Source: Elusimicrobiaceae bacterium (GTDB lineage: Bacteria > Elusimicrobiota > Elusimicrobia > Elusimicrobiales > Elusimicrobiaceae). From it: 45,357 bases of DNA. Shown here piece after piece: positions 43,090 through 45,357 of this stretch. The notes below the pieces were generated by a model, which searched no databases, had not been told where the DNA came from, and was given only the letters and a program-made list of their open reading frames with translations. Made by a program: the position numbers and the translations under genes. The stretch covers positions 1-45,357 of the forward strand of contig JAZLAA010000143.1 of assembly GCA_045612945.1 (NCBI GenBank), written 5' to 3'. Numbering within the stretch: position 1 is the stretch's first letter; every line of letters starts with the position of its first letter.

Positions 43090-43764
43090 ATGGAAAAAGT
43101 AACAATTGACGCGCAATCCCGCGAAGGTATTGGCGTAAAAGGGGCTCTTTCTAAAATTAGAGCCGAAAAAAACGTCCCAGCTGTAGTATATGGCGGGCAT
43201 AAAGAACCTGTTAGCGTAACCGTAAGCATGAAGGATTTGGATAAAATCGTTAAAGCCGGTAAAAATACGTTAGTGGAAATTACCTTAAACGGAGCTAAGG
43301 AATTGGCCCTCGTTAAAGAAGTGCAATATCACGCCGTAACGGATTTGCCCATTCATGCTGATTTTCAGCGTGTGGCCATGAAAGACAAAATGGACGTGGT
43401 GGTTCCGCTTCGCTTGGAAGGAACTTCCCCCGATATTGCCCAATATGGGGCCATTGTGGAACACATTATGCGCGAAATTGAAGTACGCGCTTTAGTAAGC
43501 GCTATCCCGCATGAAATTGTGGTAGATATTACGCCCATGACCATTAACAAAGGTATTGTGGCTGGCGATATTAAATTGCCCGAAGGCGTGGAACTCAAAA
43601 CCGACGCGCAAGCCCCGGTGGTACACTTGGCTATTCCTAAAGATGATACGCCGGCCCCTGCTGCTGCCACGGACACAGCGGCTCAGCCGGAAAGCTCTTC
43701 CACCAAAGGTAAGAAAGACGAAGAAGGCAACCTTACCAAAGGAACGGAAGCCGCTAAGAAATAG
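43090..43764 (+). CDS. rplY: 50S ribosomal protein L25/Ctc
   Basis: VPAVVYG, VKEVQYH, HADF; long CTC form; prs-rplY-pth synteny. Confidence 0.95.
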   Translation: MEKVTIDAQSREGIGVKGALSKIRAEKNVPAVVYGGHKEPVSVTVSMKDLDKIVKAGKNTLVEITLNGAKELALVKEVQYHAVTDLPIHADFQRVAMKDKMDVVVPLRLEGTSPDIAQYGAIVEHIMREIEVRALVSAIPHEIVVDITPMTINKGIVAGDIKLPEGVELKTDAQAPVVHLAIPKDDTPAPAAATDTAAQPESSSTKGKKDEEGNLTKGTEAAKK

Positions 43765-43767
43765 TTT

Positions 43768-44328
43768 ATGCAATATCTCCTGGCTGGCCTGGGTAACCCC
43801 GGCCCTGAGTACGAGCGCACGCGGCACAATGCAGGTTTTCGCATTGTAGAGGCGGCCGCCCGGAAATGGGGAGCGCAGTGGAAACCCTGGCAAAAGTTGG
43901 GAGAATATGCCAAAGTATCCGTGGCGGGGCATGAAGTGTTTTTGCTCAAACCCCACACGTATATGAATTTATCGGGTCAGGCTGTTAGCAGCCTGGCCCG
44001 GTTTTATAAAATCCCGCCGGAGCGGATAATAGTGTGTTTTGATGATGTATCCTTAGACGTGGGTAAGTTGCGGCTGCGCGGCAACGGTTCGGCCGGCGGC
44101 CAAAAAGGGATGAAACACATCATTGAGCAGCTAGGAACCGATAAAATTGCGCGGCTGCGTTTGGGCATTGGCCCTAAGCCCGAAAAATTTGATTTAGTCA
44201 ATTTTGTACTGGGGAAATTTTCCCGGGATGAAGAAGCGTTGTTGGAACCTACCTTAGAGCGCGCGGTCTGCGCGCTGGAATGTTACTTCAAAGACGGTCT
44301 TGATAAGGCCATGAATGGGTTTAATTAA
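43768..44328 (+). CDS. pth: Peptidyl-tRNA hydrolase
   Basis: GLGNPG.EY..TRHNAGF, KPHTYMNLSG, RLRLGIG. Confidence 0.97.
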   Translation: MQYLLAGLGNPGPEYERTRHNAGFRIVEAAARKWGAQWKPWQKLGEYAKVSVAGHEVFLLKPHTYMNLSGQAVSSLARFYKIPPERIIVCFDDVSLDVGKLRLRGNGSAGGQKGMKHIIEQLGTDKIARLRLGIGPKPEKFDLVNFVLGKFSRDEEALLEPTLERAVCALECYFKDGLDKAMNGFN

Positions 44329-44376
44329 AACCGCCTTTCCATGAGAAAAGCGGTCAACATGCGTCCTTATCTGTTT

Positions 44377-44880
44377 TTATTTTAAAAAACAATTCTGATT
44401 TTTATCTAATTGTCCATTTATTTTTTGACAAAATTTTGTGTCTACCGCGTAGCTTTGGCTAGAAGAAAAATAAATATTCCCTTCATGTCCAGTAGGAATT
44501 GTATCATGAAAGAGAACATATATTGAATCAGCTGGAATATCTTCTTTTACTTCTAAAGATAAAGTTAAGAATCGTTTCCCAGGATTTAAATTTTTGATTT
44601 GATGCATAGCATCTATCAAACAATTATGAGTATCTTCATAACAAAAAAAGCGATATTCCCACTCTTTGGAAGAAGGGTCTTTCATGCCGATAGTGGAGAA
44701 ATCTTTTTCTTGTTCTTCGTTCCCCGGATATTTTTTGTTTGCAGCATAATAATTTCCTAATTTTATGCCAATAGTTTTTAATGTTTTTCGGGCTTGGTTG
44801 GTATCATTTTGTGATGGAAGATGAACACACCCTGTTAACAATAATGCAAACAATCCGCTAAGTATAAATTTCTTTTTCAT
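44377..44880 (-). CDS. Hypothetical AT-rich lipoprotein with pilin-head-like segment
   Basis: Lipobox LTGC; QARKTLKTIGIKLGNYYAANKKYP; four Cys in the mature part. Confidence 0.7.
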   Translation of the reverse strand: MKKKFILSGLFALLLTGCVHLPSQNDTNQARKTLKTIGIKLGNYYAANKKYPGNEEQEKDFSTIGMKDPSSKEWEYRFFCYEDTHNCLIDAMHQIKNLNPGKRFLTLSLEVKEDIPADSIYVLFHDTIPTGHEGNIYFSSSQSYAVDTKFCQKINGQLDKNQNCFLK

Positions 44881-44915
44881 AATTTTCTCATTTCATGTTT
44901 TATTATTGTAAAAAT

Positions 44916-45357
44916 CTATTTCTCAAATGCCATGCAACAGTTGCCTAACATACACTTAGAACAGTTGCATAAACTTTGCGCTACGCGCAGGCCGGCCAGT
45001 AACTTACGGGCAAAGTCTGTTAAGGTTGGGTCGCGCGCACCAAGTACCAAGAGGATATCCCCCGGTTGGGCGGCGGCGGCCATTTGGGCTAAAATGCGCT
45101 CGCGGCAGGCTTCGTAAGACACGTTTACACCGCGTTTTTTAAGACTGTCGTATACCGTTTTGCACGTAATTCCTTCGGGGATTGTGCCGCCCGGGTAATA
45201 AACTTCGGTTAACCACAGGTGATCTTCCGGCCCAATACTCTTGGCAAAACTTTCCACAAACTCATGCGTCAAAAGCTTAATAGATGTAAACGCATGCGGC
45301 TGGTAAAAGGCCAGTACGCGCTTGCCGCGCAAGTGTGCGGCGGCAATAGTGGCAGCC
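44916..45357 (-). CDS. murC: UDP-N-acetylmuramate--L-alanine ligase-like, C-terminal part (5' end outside window)
   Basis: RVLAFYQPH, TEVYYPG, GDILLVLGA typical of the MurC/Mpl C-terminal domain; frame open to the window edge. Confidence 0.7.
   Translation of the reverse strand, partial: AATIAAAHLRGKRVLAFYQPHAFTSIKLLTHEFVESFAKSIGPEDHLWLTEVYYPGGTIPEGITCKTVYDSLKKRGVNVSYEACRERILAQMAAAAQPGDILLVLGARDPTLTDFARKLLAGLRVAQSLCNCSKCMLGNCCMAFEK

Overview
Chromosomal origin region of a diderm anaerobe, most plausibly Elusimicrobiota. That assignment is an inference from the dispersed PilE-like pilin paralogues, the LPS-heptose epimerase, the beta-barrel OMP and the SOR/FDP/rubredoxin cluster. The left arm (minus strand) carries dnaA, an oriC-like DnaA-box cluster, dnaN, dciA, gyrB, gyrA, a GH13 enzyme, an F-type ATP synthase operon interrupted by hldD, a CsgG-like lipoprotein, serS and a TPR protein. 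The middle carries an oxygen-defence operon, parAB with three non-canonical parS-like palindromes, lepB, a GT4 glycosyltransferase and pheST. The right arm carries a trypsin-fold protease with Cys at the nucleophile position, tatD, nusB, ligA, glmU-prs-rplY-pth and a partial murC. The strongest candidate for an undescribed system is a set of three stand-alone type IV pilin genes (24285+, 29733-, 37578+). Each is preceded by a sigma70 promoter and a homologous ~250-nt non-coding leader whose long-range helices are preserved by complete compensatory substitution and sense-strand G.U pairs, i.e. a candidate new structured RNA family tied to pilin cassettes. Two of the cassettes also share a perfect 105-bp inverted repeat that brackets parAB/parS.
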